Source: Trichinella spiralis (taxonomy: Eukaryota). Taken from it: a DNA stretch of 64,000 bases. Each line of letters opens with the position of its first letter. Positions within the stretch are counted from its first letter, which is position 1. The notes under the pieces are model-generated. The model was not told the DNA's origin. It saw only the letters and a program-made list of their open reading frames with translations, and searched no databases. This document shows positions 25,440 through 39,200 of this stretch, in pieces. The position numbers and the translations under genes were made by a program. Location: positions 1,334,242 to 1,398,241 of the forward strand of contig NW_003526940.1 in the NCBI RefSeq assembly GCF_000181795.1, in the 5' to 3' direction.

Positions 25440-26810
25440 AACAATTGGAGTTAAATACGAGACACAAAATCTTTAGCTTGCTACGGGTGGGCATACTATC
25501 TCTAGCACATCTCTGCGTTAACAAAAAACACTGGGCTTGCTCACGGATAGATACATTTATTAGCAGTATGCTGCTTAATACTAAGAAAAAACTTGGAATT
25601 TAGAAAAAAAAGAACGTCCTGGCTCAGTATGCATATAAATATGAGAGTGAACGTGGTTTTCTACAAAATAATCACAAAGTTGAATGTAAAACAGATGACA
25701 GTACTGTAAAAACTACAATAGCGAAGAAGTTTTAAGTTACTTGCTGTAGAAGAGATTCCACTGGTTAAACAAATTTACAGTCACAAAATTAATCAAGCAT
25801 TCACTGCTTTGGAAACCAATGGTCGCTTTCCAATATAGAGTTCAGCTCTTTGAGTAATATATTACAACTGTGCAGAATCATACTACATATGTGATCAGCA
25901 CTTGCACACAGATAGAGTCTGGGAAAATGTTCTGATTGAGCAATTACATTACAAGTTATTTTTACTATAGAAGGTAGCGTGAGGCTACTGTTTGAAAGAA
26001 TTATAAGATTTGTGCGAATAGAACTTTCAAAACAGTTCTGAAGTTGTTTCAACACTTATTTATCATACAAATGTTTGTCTGTGATAAACAGTTGTCAGTA
26101 ATATAATCCTAAAAGCGAATAGAGATGTGGTCACATAAAATCAAAATTTTCAGGCACAACTATAGGTCACCCTTAATTCTGAAATAATCACATGTGATTT
26201 TGGAATCTGATACTTTTCATATATGATAAGTTTGCTGATACTTGTATTCAAGGCTGTTTCTTACATTTTTGCCAAGCCGTGCACTGGCAAGTCCTTTGGT
26301 CCTTATTTAAAGACCTGACATAATGATAAATATGAAGTAAAGAAGAAAATTAAAATATTAGTGACAACATCATTTTTATAGGTTCACAACAATTTGGATT
26401 TAGATTCAGCTGATAGAAATAGAAATAGAAATAGAAATGGAGTTCCTTTTATTTGAATGGTTCCGGTAGATGCTCAGAAACAGATTGTCGCTTCGGAAGT
26501 TATACATAGTGGGCAGTTGTAAACAAACAACCTCTTGGAAGGTTAACATAACTGTTTCAACGTAAAGGCGGATAAAAGTTATTTATGCTTTATTTATTCT
26601 ATCTGCTGATAGGTAAACACAAATAAAAGAGTGTTGAAGTTGTGATCAGAAAAGGCAACAGGTGGAGAGCTGGTTAAAAGTAACAAATTCTATGAATGAA
26701 AGTAACAACAAATTGCTGCTCTTACCAGAGACGCACAGATAGTCAGCGCTTAATGGAAGTATTTCTGAGCATCATTTTATACTGAACTTCTAAAGCATTA
26801 GATCCATGAA
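25440..26810 (+). mobile_element. Decayed Mutator-like (FLYWCH + MULE DDE) transposase remnant
   Basis: Fragmented frames with stops: LAVEEIPLVKQIY (~25740), LETNGRFP (~25810), EIITCDF (~26180), DTCIQGCFLHFCQAVHWQV (26237-26293; MULE CxxH motif), RRKIKILV (~26340) and TNNLLEG*HN (26523-26552; MULE third acidic motif TNNxxEGWHN). Boundaries are approximate. Confidence 0.75.
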
Positions 26811-27767
26811 GATGGTTGCAAACATAATGAAATGTTACTTTTAGAATAGAAATAAAAGTACTTCACATACAATATTTCAGGGTTAAGTACAACGTGACAC
26901 TAGGTTATAGACAATAAACAATACATGCCAAAATACATCTGCAGTTGTCGTAACTTTTTACATTAACTGAACAAGAGATAGTTGGGAAAAGCATTCTCCT
27001 CACCTCTAGTCTTTGGCAATTTAGACGGAAGCTCTAGCCTACGATAGAGCTGATCGTTAGAGCGTGTCGCTGTGACGTCATTTCCGTATGTATATAAGAA
27101 TGCGTTATCAATTTTTACTTTCACTTTAGCTCTTCCGCGCACAACTGCGTTACACGGTATTTACTTTGGTAGTTCATGCTAAATAAAATTCATCAGAAAT
27201 ATTGTTATAGCGTCTCATAAATTAATTACAAAATAAATAGTAATGCGAAAATTTTGTTGGAAACAATATTTCATAAATAAAGCATGCTGAAACCAGCCTT
27301 ATAAAGAACACAGAAAAACATATTCCCATTAGTAATTATTTGAAAATATTGCTAGACATTTGGAAACCGTTTATTTAAAATAATATGTACTGCAGTAGAT
27401 TAACTAGGGGAAATAGGCAAAATATTTTCTTATTTCCTTATGAACGACCCCTGTTGTCCACCAAGGAAATCTAGCAATTTTATTTAAATTATGTAAAATC
27501 ATTGCTAAAATTTAATTTGTTGGAATAAAATTTCCATAATTTAAATGTATATCAGTTATTCATAAATTGCAATTTGTAATTCATAATATATGCTTTCATT
27601 TGTACTTCATGGATTCCGCAGAAATCAACATTTATATTTAGCAATGATAGTCTTTATGATAAATTTTCTGCTGTAAACTTAATATTTTCGAAATTTTAAT
27701 AGTATTGTGGTATATTGGAAAATCATGTATGCATTCACTTTGAATACGGTGAAGATTTCATCAGTAG

Positions 27768-27768
<1 letters not shown>

Positions 27769-27826
<58 letters not shown>
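27769..27826. repeat. (TG)29 microsatellite
   Basis: Direct reading. It explains the spurious THTHTH ORF. Confidence 0.95.
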
Positions 27827-27827
<1 letters not shown>

Positions 27828-29668
27828 ATCTTATTTGCTTATAGTATGCGTTGTGTGCACTCCAAATAAACAATTTTAAGCGTTGATTATGAGTGTTGTC
27901 CCCTCTGTTGTAATAAAATATTACAGGTATCAAATCCAATTTGCTAAAGTAATCCATGAGAAAGCAAACTAGTAGTAAACACTATAAAAATGTAAAGAAA
28001 TTAAGTAATGATCGCAATGTGTGAGTTTCTATCTGAATTACGAAATATTACATGTAACATCAAATGCATTGAGTTTCGTATATATTGCTCTTTTTTATGC
28101 TTTGCTCATTTTAAGCATGAACTTGTTCAGCTAACAAAGTTATTTATGAAACAAAACTGGTGACTACAAACAAGAAACAAACAAAAACAAGTAAAAGCTT
28201 TTATTTACAAAAGGTAAAAATCGATGCTAATTGGCAAATGCAAAGACATTTACAAATGTATCTTATTTTTCTATGAAAATGCTTTAAAAAGTAAATTCTC
28301 AGTTTGTCGTAACTTTAAATATAAGCATTACTTTTGGTGAACAAATGCTTTTAAATTTAATTTTTAAATTCTATTTAATTTTTCAGTTTTAATAATCTTA
28401 TAATTTTAAGTTTAAATAAAGTAAAATTTTTAGTTTAATTAAATATGGGTTTGTCATATCAAGCTGCAAAAGATTGACATTTCTTAGGCTACTACGACAG
28501 ATTAACTAATGATTACGTATTTCATCCCTGTGTTTCTTTAAATGTAATAAAAAAGTACCTTGATGAAATAAGCAATGAAAAGAATTCAAGAAAGAAAAAA
28601 CAAAAAGATTATAGCATAACTATATAGTTTGATCATAATTCATGTGAGAAAATATGCTCTCTTTCTGCTTACTTTTACGTTATCCTGGCAATTGCAACAA
28701 CTGATAATGCATGACTTTTTCAGAAACTCAGGAAAAAGGGTATAAAAGAATTTTTCAAATAGTAGCAAATAAAAAAACTCTTTTTTTAACTCTTAACTAT
28801 TAACATAATAAATTTTAAAGTGTTATTTAAAATTAATTCTAATATTCAAAGTGCGTAATACCAAACTTCCTTTCATAATGTGTCATTGAAAATCTACAAT
28901 TAAAAAATTTTAAAATTGCAGTACAATTTTTAATTTTTAATCACATCAAGGATGAAAAGATTTACATAAATAAATGGAGAATGTACATTGCTATATATAG
29001 AGTGGAAAATGAAAAGCATGATTTTTCCTAAATTTTAATTATGCTAAATGATCACTAAATTATGAATGAAGTAAAATCTTCGTAAATTCACTTTCAGATA
29101 AACATTTGTTATAGATTTAGCAGCATCTAGATTTTAATACATTTTTTTATTTAAAAAAAATTAAAATTGCAACTTCATGAGAGGCCAAGATTTCTACCTT
29201 TCCAGTTATTAATTTTTCAAATAATAAAAATATGATCTTCGCATAAAAAAATTCAGAAAAACAAAAATCAGGTTCGACATCAACTCATTTTTAATTAATT
29301 TAAAATACAGAAGCAAAAAATGAGAAATTTAAAATAAAAATTTCCGATGAAAACTTCCTAGAATTGAAGTTTCAATTCGTACACAACTGTTTCAGTTTTC
29401 TTTTTATGTTGGTACCTAAAGCTTCAAAAAGATGTTATTAATGGAAATTTTTGTTCTCATTTCTCATCTGCAGCTGTGAGTACTTGGTGCTATGCTGTCA
29501 ACACATAACAGAAGATAAGTAATGAACAGTTGACAGGCATATTCATCTTCAGTGCATTCCTGCGGATGGCTGTTCCTTTCTTTTTATTACTTTCCTTTGC
29601 GAATGTTGAGTGGATTAAAATTGCCAAAATGAATTTTCCAAGTTACTAGTAAATTCTCTTGATGCTTC

Positions 29669-32600
29669 ATGGCTGCGTTAAATTTCTGGCGTTTTGTTAT
29701 TTTTGTATTTTCAATTGTAAAATGTATTTTGTCAGCTGAAATTGAAAATGGAAATTGTCCATCAGGATGCCACTGCAATGAAAAGTACGTTGAATGTATT
29801 GCCCTAAAAATGAAGCACATGCCATCAGTTATTTTTTCATCAGCACCACATTTTGATTTGTCATTCAATCGTATACAATCAATAAACAAAATGGATTTAA
29901 TGAACTTTAACGACTTGATTTCACTTGATATGGCACATAATTTATTGAAATTTATTGAAAGTTATAGTTTCACTTCGCTGGCTAATTTAAAAATTTTGAA
30001 TTTGAGTTACAATGAATTGCAGTTTTTAAATAATGATACATTTGTTGGTTTATCTCAACTTCGGCATCTTTCATTGAACGATAACGCTTTATTGCTGATT
30101 GAAGAAGCTGCTCTGGAACCGTTGATTAACTTAATTGAATTAGATGTGAGCAATAATGAACATTTGAATTTTTCTTCACTTCTCACAGCTATTGAAAAAT
30201 TGAACAATTTAAAATTGCTCCAAACAGACGAACATCACATACGTTGTAACTGTTCCACTGTTGTTGCCATCGTTAGTCTTCTTCAAAATAATACAGAATT
30301 GGGTATTCAAACTGAAGATTGCTTTTACAAATACAGTGAAGCTGATAATTCAAGGTGTTTGGAAGAATTGATAAATTATGCAAACTATTGCAAAGGTGAA
30401 ACTGGAGACGTTGAAAATATTTTTCCTGAATGCAGTAGAAGAAAAATAAACAAAACAAAGCAACATCAACAACACAAAGTTCATTTAGGATCAAAACAAG
30501 CTGATTTGGCAAATGCAAGGGTGAGAAGAATTCCCAGGCGCCATCGACGTCGCAGTCCTGTTAAAATAGTTCGACCTCCTGAAAATGTGGATGCGGATTT
30601 AGATGAGACTGTTTCTTTTACCTGCTTGGTTAGTGGTTATCCAAATCCAAGAATTCATTGGTTTTGCAATGGAAACAAGTTGATATCTTCGAATCGAATA
30701 AAATTTTATCAGCATGATCAGAAAGTTGTTATAACGAATGTCCAACGTGAAGACAACGGCGTTTACACATGCGTGGCAGAAAATGCTATCAGCCAATCCA
30801 CTGCGACAGCATTTTTACAAGTAAAATCTCGACCAGAATTTCGTCTACGTCCTCAAAATACTATTGCTTTGGAAGGTGCAGAAGTAAAATTAGAATGCGA
30901 TCCTGTCGGCTATCCTCAACCAGCTATAGTTTGGACCAAAAATGGACGATCCATACCAACAAACAGAAGGATTGTCATCAGTAACGCTGGAACAGTTTTG
31001 AAAATCAACTCTATTTCAGCAGACGACGAAGGGCAGTACACTTGTTACGCTACCAATGCTTTGGGTAGCATTGAATGGAGCGTTGCTGTGAAAGTGAAGC
31101 AGAGTTTTCCGCCGAGAATGCAAAATGCTCCTTCAACCCTGATTCTCACTGCTGGCAACACAGCATCGTTTCCCTGCCGCGTGGTCGCAAATCCTGAACC
31201 GACAATTACTTGGCTTTTCAATGGAAACCCAATTCGAACAGTAAAAGGCCATTATGAAATGTCATCTCAAGGGACTTTGTACGTTTTCAACGTCACCAAA
31301 AGTGACGAAGGATTTTACACTTGTCAAGCTAGCAACGCTGTCGGGGCCATTTCCGCTGACGCCCAGCTAGAAGTTATCGCATCAAATTTATCTACTGACC
31401 AAAAAGCACCTGCTATTTTGAATGTTGACTCTGAATTCATTCGAAGCACAGTCCAACAAGCTACTGCAAATGTCGATAAAGCAATCAACTGGACAAGACA
31501 AAAACTGTATGATGATCATCCCAAAAGCCCAGCTGAATTGATGGCTTTGCTTCGGTATCCAGGCCCAGCAGCGTTGGAACATGCTAGAGCTAGAGAAATT
31601 TATGAACAAACAATCAGGTAACAGTTTATTTTTAATATAATTTAATTATATTTTAATGCCTGATAGTTTAGTTTGATCCAATCCCACGTTGTTCAAGGAT
31701 TGCATTTTAATCTGAGCACACCTTTTGAATATCCACACGTTCTATCTAAAGGCCATGTGGCTTTAATATCAGAGTTGACAGGCTGCAATGTACACAGAGA
31801 AATGCCTAAATGCAACGATATGTGCTTTCATAGAAAGTACAGATCATACGATGGTTCATGCAATAATTTTGAACATCCCTTAAGAGGAGCTAGTTTAACA
31901 TCCTTTAAACGACTGCTGCCACCAATATATGAAAATGGTTTCGATCAACCTGTTGGATGGCGTAAAGGGAAACTTTATTATGGCTATCCAAAGCCCAATG
32001 TCCGAACAGTGTCTCAAATGCTCATTTCTACGAAGCAAGTGACCAACGATACAGAATACAGTCACATGCTTATGCAATGGGGGCAGTTTTTAGATCATGA
32101 TTTGACGTTGACAGTCAACGCACCAAGCATTTTACAATTTCAAACTGGTGTTGATTGTAAACGTACTTGTCAGAATAGACCTCCTTGTTTCAACATTGAA
32201 ATACCTCCAAATGATCGACGTATCAAATATGGTGTCTGCATGGAATTTGAAAGATCTAGTGCTGTTTGTGGATCTGGGGATACCTCTGTACTTTTTGATA
32301 CGTTGCAGCATCGAGAGCAGTTGAATGTGCTCACTGCTTACATTGATGCTTCCAATGTTTACGGAAGTGAGGAAGCAGATGCGCTAAATTTGCGTGACTT
32401 GTTTTCAGATCATGGACAACTAAAATTTGACATTACAAGTCATAAACAAAAGCCATATCTTCCATTTAATAGGTAAAGCTGCTTGTTTTCTGTAACTTAT
32501 ATTAAATTTATCATAAATTATGCGGCATTTTAAGCGGAATCATGAACGCTATTTCAATCATTGTATTCTGTTCAAAATTAAAAAGTTTTTTAATGTATAA

Positions 32601-34413
32601 AATAATAAAATAAACATGCAGCAAATTCAAAAAAGAGATAACTGAAATATGTTTGTTTTATAACTTGCTAATAAGTTATTCATGTAGATAATTGCAAATT
32701 TTTATTACTAAATAGCATAATAATATTTTTATTAGAATATTATGAAAAATATTAATATTTTGCTAATACCTCTATTTCAGAATTAATCAAACAAAAAGTA
32801 TATAGTTCTCTTATTCTTTTGTTCTCCAGAAACTTACCAATGGACTGTAGACGAAATTCGACCGTCCCACATTCGATGCGCTGTTTGATGGCTGGTGATT
32901 ACCGCGCTAATGAACAGGTTGGACTTTTGGCAATGCATACGTTGTGGATGCGGGAGCATAACCGTATTGCAGCTAAATTGCTTCGCATAAATTCTCACTG
33001 GGATGGAGAAAAAATTTATCAAGAGGCAAGAAAAATAATAGGCGCGCAAATGCAACACATTACTTATCACAGTTGGCTACCAAAAATTTTAGGTATTCAT
33101 TATTACTGTAGCTTTGAGTTCATTCAGTACTGCTTGCTTTATTTAAATATTTCGTTTCTTTTACGCTATTTTTTAAAATTACATTTTTTTGCGAATTATA
33201 AAGTACTAAAAAAGTATTTCTTTCAGGACCTCAAGGGATGAACATGTTAGGAACATACGGAGGATACAATCAAGCTGTAGATTCGACAATATCTAACGCT
33301 TTCGCCACGGCAGCATTTAGATTTGGGCATACATTGATACAGCCGATTTTAATTCGTCTTGACGAGAATTTTAGGCCGCATTCAGCAGGACATTTACCAC
33401 TAGAAGAAGCATTTTTTGCACCTGAAAGACTTCTAAATGAAGGCGGAATTGATCCTATTTTGAGAGGGATGTTTTCAACTCCTGCCAAGTTGCCAACAAC
33501 AGGTCAATATTTGAACAATATATTGACAGAACAGTTATTTAACAAAGCGCATGACGTTGCTTTGGATTTGGCAGCTCTGAACATTCAACGTGGTCGTGAT
33601 CACGCTTTACCAGGTTATTTGGAATACCGTAAATTTTGCAATTTGAGTTCACCAGATACATTTGATGGTTTAAGCGACGTTATACCGGATCAGTCAATTA
33701 GGAGAAAGCTGCAAATTTTGTATGGACATCCGGGAAACGTGGATCTTTGGGTTGGAGGTGTCTTGGAAAAATTGCTACCTGGTGCTAGGGTAGGTCAGAC
33801 ATTTGCTTGCATCATTGCAGATCAATTTCGACGAATTCGTGATGGCGACAGATTTTGGTACGAAAATGCCGGTGTTTTTAGACCAGATCAGTTATACGAA
33901 ATCAAAAAAACTACCCTTGCAAGAATTCTGTGTGACAGTGGAGATGAAATTGATCGAGTTCAACGTGACATATTCAAAAATATCGGAAGCACAAATCCAG
34001 AACATTACACAAGATGCGAACACTTACCAAATATAAATTTGAACATGTGGCAAGAATGTTGTGAAGAAGACTGCCGAGCTGCAATTAAGTTTGAAACCGT
34101 CGACGATGCACTAGACAAGGACACAACATTTTTAAAATCTTCTAACATTGATGAATTACTTGCGTACGTATAGTTACATTTTGTCATGTTTAAAGCTATA
34201 TGCAACAATTTAAAATTTTTCAGAATTCGCAGAAAAAGATCAATAACAGCTTCACCAATAATGTACAATTATTTTAACTGCAGCTGTAAAAACAAAATTC
34301 CAAAGATTTCTACAGAAGCTGAACACAAATTGCAATCTGAAATCAACAGTTTGAAAGAAGCTGTAAAACACCTGGAACAAATTATTATGAAATTAAATTT
34401 AAACAACAAATGA
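29669..34413 (+). CDS. pxn: Peroxidasin (signal peptide, LRRs, 3 Ig domains, animal haem peroxidase, C-terminal helical tail), ~1379 aa
   Basis: Exons 29669-31617, 31672-32472, 32830-33092, 33227-34163, 34224-34413 (4140 nt, in frame). LRR N-cap CPSGCHC and LxxLxLSxN repeats. Three Ig domains with C...W...YxC. Peroxidase motifs [18 protein letters not shown] (distal His), [14 protein letters not shown] (proximal His), QRGRDH and [10 protein letters not shown]. Confidence 0.95.
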
Positions 34414-35134
34414 ATTAAATGCAAAAGTAGCTGTAAACTCTAGAAATTTGAAAATTGCTAACCCTTTTTGGTATTGCACAGTGTAGTTGCATTTTGATAT
34501 AATATTCTCAGTGCATTGTTTGGTTCCACGATGGTTTTTATTTATAATTTGAAAAGATACTGCCATTTCTCATCTGCTTTCTGTTAAGCATAGATTCATA
34601 TTAATAAATCTACAAATCGTTATTGTTCTGTCATGATTCTTTGAAATTTTTTTTATAATATAAACAATTCATTGATGACTTGTAAAATTCAATATGCATA
34701 AGAATTGCAAAACAACATTTTTACAAATATTACTCATCACTTATTGATATATTGCATTGTTATATTAATTTTGCTAATTCATTCTCATTTCTCAATATCT
34801 TGTCCTCTAATATAATATAAAATATTAAGCACATTAATTTTTTTCCAAGGCATGACAATTTTCGATAATTTTTTAAATTACTTTTTTAGTTATTGTTAAT
34901 GGTGGCAGCAAATATTAAAGAAACAAGAATATTATTTTACAGCGCTTTCAAAAATGTACAAGCAATTTTTAGCGTTAGCAGTGCTTGCTTAAATTGAATT
35001 CATGTTATCTTCTTTAAAAGCGAACATTTTTATTTTTTCAAAAAACTCCTCTAAGTGCCAGAATAAACTTGTTAATTTTTATAGACTAATATTTAGAAAA
35101 TTCTGGAAAGCAAACAAATAGCCAATTATACATG

Positions 35135-35377
35135 TGTAGCGCCCTTTTGCTCCTTCTTATTAACGTCATCAAAACGAGTCATAATGGGGAGAGTTAAACG
35201 TTTATTTCTCAACAAGCACAGCACACCGACACTGATCAAGATCAACACACTAACTGATCCTGTTTACTCACTGCCAACTCTCACTTCCGCCTTCCTTGTC
35301 CGATCCGCTTCTAGCCAATCAGTGTTCCGTAGAGTTTCTTCCTTGTCGATAGGTGGCGCCTCGGCTTGTGGTCTATA
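35135..35377 (-). mobile_element. Possible solo LTR or small insertion
   Basis: GC-rich island of about 240 bp in AT-rich intergenic DNA. Begins TGTAG and ends CTATA (one mismatch from an inverted TGTAG..CTACA). AATAAA on the minus strand at 35201-35206. No clean target-site duplication. Confidence 0.3.
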
Positions 35378-36290
35378 ATGATTTACCCGTAATAATAATT
35401 ATGATTATTGTGTGATTTCTTTATGTCTAATTATTTGTGACCCATTACGCATGCATGTGTACAATCAGTTAGTTGCTGATATAATCAATTTTCTTCTTAA
35501 TTGCTTCACAGTTTATTCACTTTTGCAGTAATTCTAAGGTAGTATTTGACTTTCATAAACTGCTTTTCTGAAAACTATATGAAAGTATATTCCAAAACAG
35601 TTGCAAACTGCATTGAGTACATTAACATAAACGGTTGCCATGCAGTGAAATAATTCAGAAAAGATTTAGATGAACAAAATACTCACAAAAATAAAATTGA
35701 GTTTGTCTTAAATACATGAACAGGAAAGCCAACTGAAATATTGAAGAAAATTATAAGAGGTTTGCTTTTGAAAGCTACATTTTATGATTACTGAAGTCCA
35801 TGAAGTATGAAATTACTTGAAATTTTTTTAAAGTACGGCATAATTTGTAAATTATTTGTATTTAGTAAATAAATGTCCTAAGTGAAATTTTTTATAATTA
35901 GCCCTCTTCCTTTCGACATTTATTTTTTGCTTTATTTAGGCAAGTACTGCATTTTCAGTTTATTTTTGTTGAATAAACGTCTTAAATAATATAAATAAAA
36001 TAATATGCTATTTTGAAGAATCATTAAAAGTTTAAACTGTTTCAAATAAAGAAAAATCTTTTTACCATTGTAAAAAAGTAAATCAACCAAAATGATACAG
36101 TACTGTACATTTTATAATTAAACATGATTACATGTATACTGTATTCGCAGCAGTCATTATTTCGGTTTGTTACTTTTTCATCTGGAAGCTTTTTAGTTTA
36201 TTCTGTTTTCATTATTCTGTGTTTTTGATGTTAATTTCAGTTGTTTTGCTAAAACAAAATTATGTGACTACGATCATTATTGTTAAATGA

Positions 36291-39200
36291 ATGCAAAAAA
36301 TGGAAAGGAAAAACTATCTCTCGAGATATAAGAGAGGTTTTTCAAAACAGAAAGGTTTGATGAATTGTTAGGATGACTTTATTTATTTTTATACTTTTTA
36401 TTTTTTTTTCTTTTAGCAAATCAGCCTTCAGGGAACTTCATAGCTCTTGGTAATGCAAATCTTGTTTTAGCGCAATTTTCTTGAATCTGGTTTTAGGTCC
36501 TAGAGCACAGCTTCCGACTACAAGTAGTTTAGAAAAGCGCCGATGTTCGTTAGCCAGTCCAGCGGTACCGGCAAAAACTCGTTTGACAGATCGGTCACCC
36601 TCAGTATCAGACAAAAGCAGTTTAGCAGAATTTTCTCGAAATTTAAATAAAGCAGAAATTTGGCATGAATCATGTGAAGAGAGTGACTGAAAAGTTTTCT
36701 TTTAACATTTTAAAATTTTCACTGTCATGCACATTCTTCTTTATAGTTACACCTCTGGACGCTTATGACAAGTTGTTAAACAGTAACGGTATGAAAGTAG
36801 ATGACATGGCTAGATTATTGTTAAGCCTTGTCAAAGGGCTGTGTGCAAAGTTTGAAAATTTTCCTGATCCTATGTCTTCTTTGTTGCTCGTTTATATTGC
36901 TAAACATCAACCTGAAGCATATGCCGATGCCAATGTGATTGAAGTAATTTATATATTATAGCTGGTTATATGTTTTTTTGATATAGTTAAAAAGTAACTA
37001 TATTTATTGTTTAGGCTCTCTGCACGTTGATTGTAAAAGTTCCTCAACAAAGGAGTCTTTGGCAAGCATGGTCAAATTTGTTTTGCGTAATTTGCGAATC
37101 ATTAATGATTGCATTGGATGAAAAAACAGATTGGCCAGAATGCATCGCCAAGGTTCACTTTTGTGCTGGCTAACTGATAAATGAAATAAGTAGCCATTTT
37201 CTTTCATAGGCATTCATTCAAGATTCGTTAGGTGAGCGTTTGTGGGTGGACAGGAAAGAATGCAATACATTTGTTAAAAACATTATAACCGTCTTTAACA
37301 CTGTGTTGCCGGCATATGATGCTATAGATACGTTGGTTTCTGAGTGTATTCAAGCCGGTGGTATGGTAAAATGCCTTTCCCGTAAGTAATGTTTATGCGC
37401 TTTCCACAAATACGATTTATATTGTTTATTTTTAAAGTAATTCATTTTTCAAAAATGGATTTTATTTTCAAGTATGAGCTGTCAATAACAATTTTGAAAG
37501 TTGCACTAAACTAATTTTGTTAAAAGAGTTACTGTTGTGAATCATTTTGAAAACATTTTGATCCAAAAACATTTTTACAGTAATCAATGGAAATCAAGTA
37601 CGAGTTAAGTTTGATAGTGTTGTTTAAAAGCTTTTCTTTGCAATTTCAGCAACATACAGTTTAATTGTTGAAACTGGACCTTCAGTGAATGAGTTCTTTC
37701 CAAAGCATAAAGTTTGTCCACGATTTGTTCGAATATCAGATTCGTTTTGTTCGCATACGTCTGAATTATTGCGAGAGTTCGTGTCGCGTCGTCTGGATTC
37801 TGTGCCTAGAAATCTTTTGCTTACTTTGGCTTCTTGCTGTGGTCATGAAGAAATTCGGCAGATGGCTTCACAAAAGTTAGACGGATGGCTTCAGACCAAC
37901 AAAGTTGGAAGAATCTTTTCGTTACAAGTTATAGTGTCATGTTTCAAAATTATGCGACTTCTTTTTCAGATGAACAAACCACTGGCAGTATTGCTTTTGA
38001 CAACTTTCATTAATTGTAAAGCGCTTTTAATGCCGACTGACAAGGAAGTTTTGCACAATTTGATTCGCATACGATTCAAATCAAAAGTAGTAAACCGAAT
38101 TTTCGCCATTGCTCTAAAGTATTATTATTATCATATGTATATATATACTTATTTTGATTGTTATTAAATAAATGATATAATTTTTAAGAGAACTTTTTTC
38201 CCTGAATTGCGAAGCTATGCAGTTGCTGATTTGCATTTTGCTTCGAAATGAACAAGCAGCAAATCGTTCCTCAACGAGCCCTGGAATAATGAATTATTGT
38301 TTTCAACACGATGCTGAGAAAGCGGTTTATGTAATTAATTAATTGTTGTTGTATTTAAAAAAATGATTTCATTTTTTATTTTTAGTATTTAGCTGCGATT
38401 ATTTTCGATTTTATCAGTTCAAAAGAGGACCATTCTCGAATGTTGAAAAATGTTCTGCGCGAGATACAGCGGGGTGTGTTGAAAAGTGAATTTCCGCTAC
38501 TGTTGTTTTGTAAAACTTTATTCAACGAATGGAAAGCGAAAAGCGAACAAATGCAAGCGCACAAAGTGAGTTTTAAATTTCAAAAAAATCTCTTCTACTT
38601 TATATGATTTCGAGTTGAATATTGTAAATTCATAATTTGAATTTCATTTATGAGTGCAGTGGGACGGCATTTGCATTATGTTTTTTTAAAGAAGAATTAT
38701 CATAATAATATTACTATTCAGGCTAATCTTTCTTCTGTTAATGTAAACTTACTTTGAGTTTATTGTCGATTGTTTTACTTTTCTCATGGTGTAATTAATT
38801 GTAGAAGATTCTTATAATTTTAGGAACGCGTTTGCCATCTGATGCAAGAGTTGTTCTGCGCGGCGGTTTTGTTGCATGTTCCTCAGTTTACTAAGGATCT
38901 TCCGGCAAATTGGCGTAAAGGTGTGTGAACAATTGGAAACAGTTCCGTGCCAAATTTTTTCACAACTAAGCTTAATTCGGTTTAGACTGTAGCATTTGGA
39001 TTCCTCTTCACCAGCAGATACGGTCCGCTCTTCACGAAGCCGTTTTGTGGCTCAAATATCGTTGTGCTTCTGATTCTGCAATGTGTAAAGTTGACGTGTT
39101 GAAAAGGTTATTCTTATTATTAATTTTTTTGCAGTGAACATTAAAAATAATTGAAAAGCTTTTTTTTTCAAAAATTTTATATGTATACCTACTGTAGACA

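Noticed and set aside
26946..27230. Possible solo LTR (TGT...ACA with TATATAA and AATAAA)
   Set aside because: No target-site duplication and no second copy in the window; termini could be chance.
27679..27957. ORF with a THTHTH run
   Set aside because: Translation of the (TG)29 microsatellite; no coding signal.
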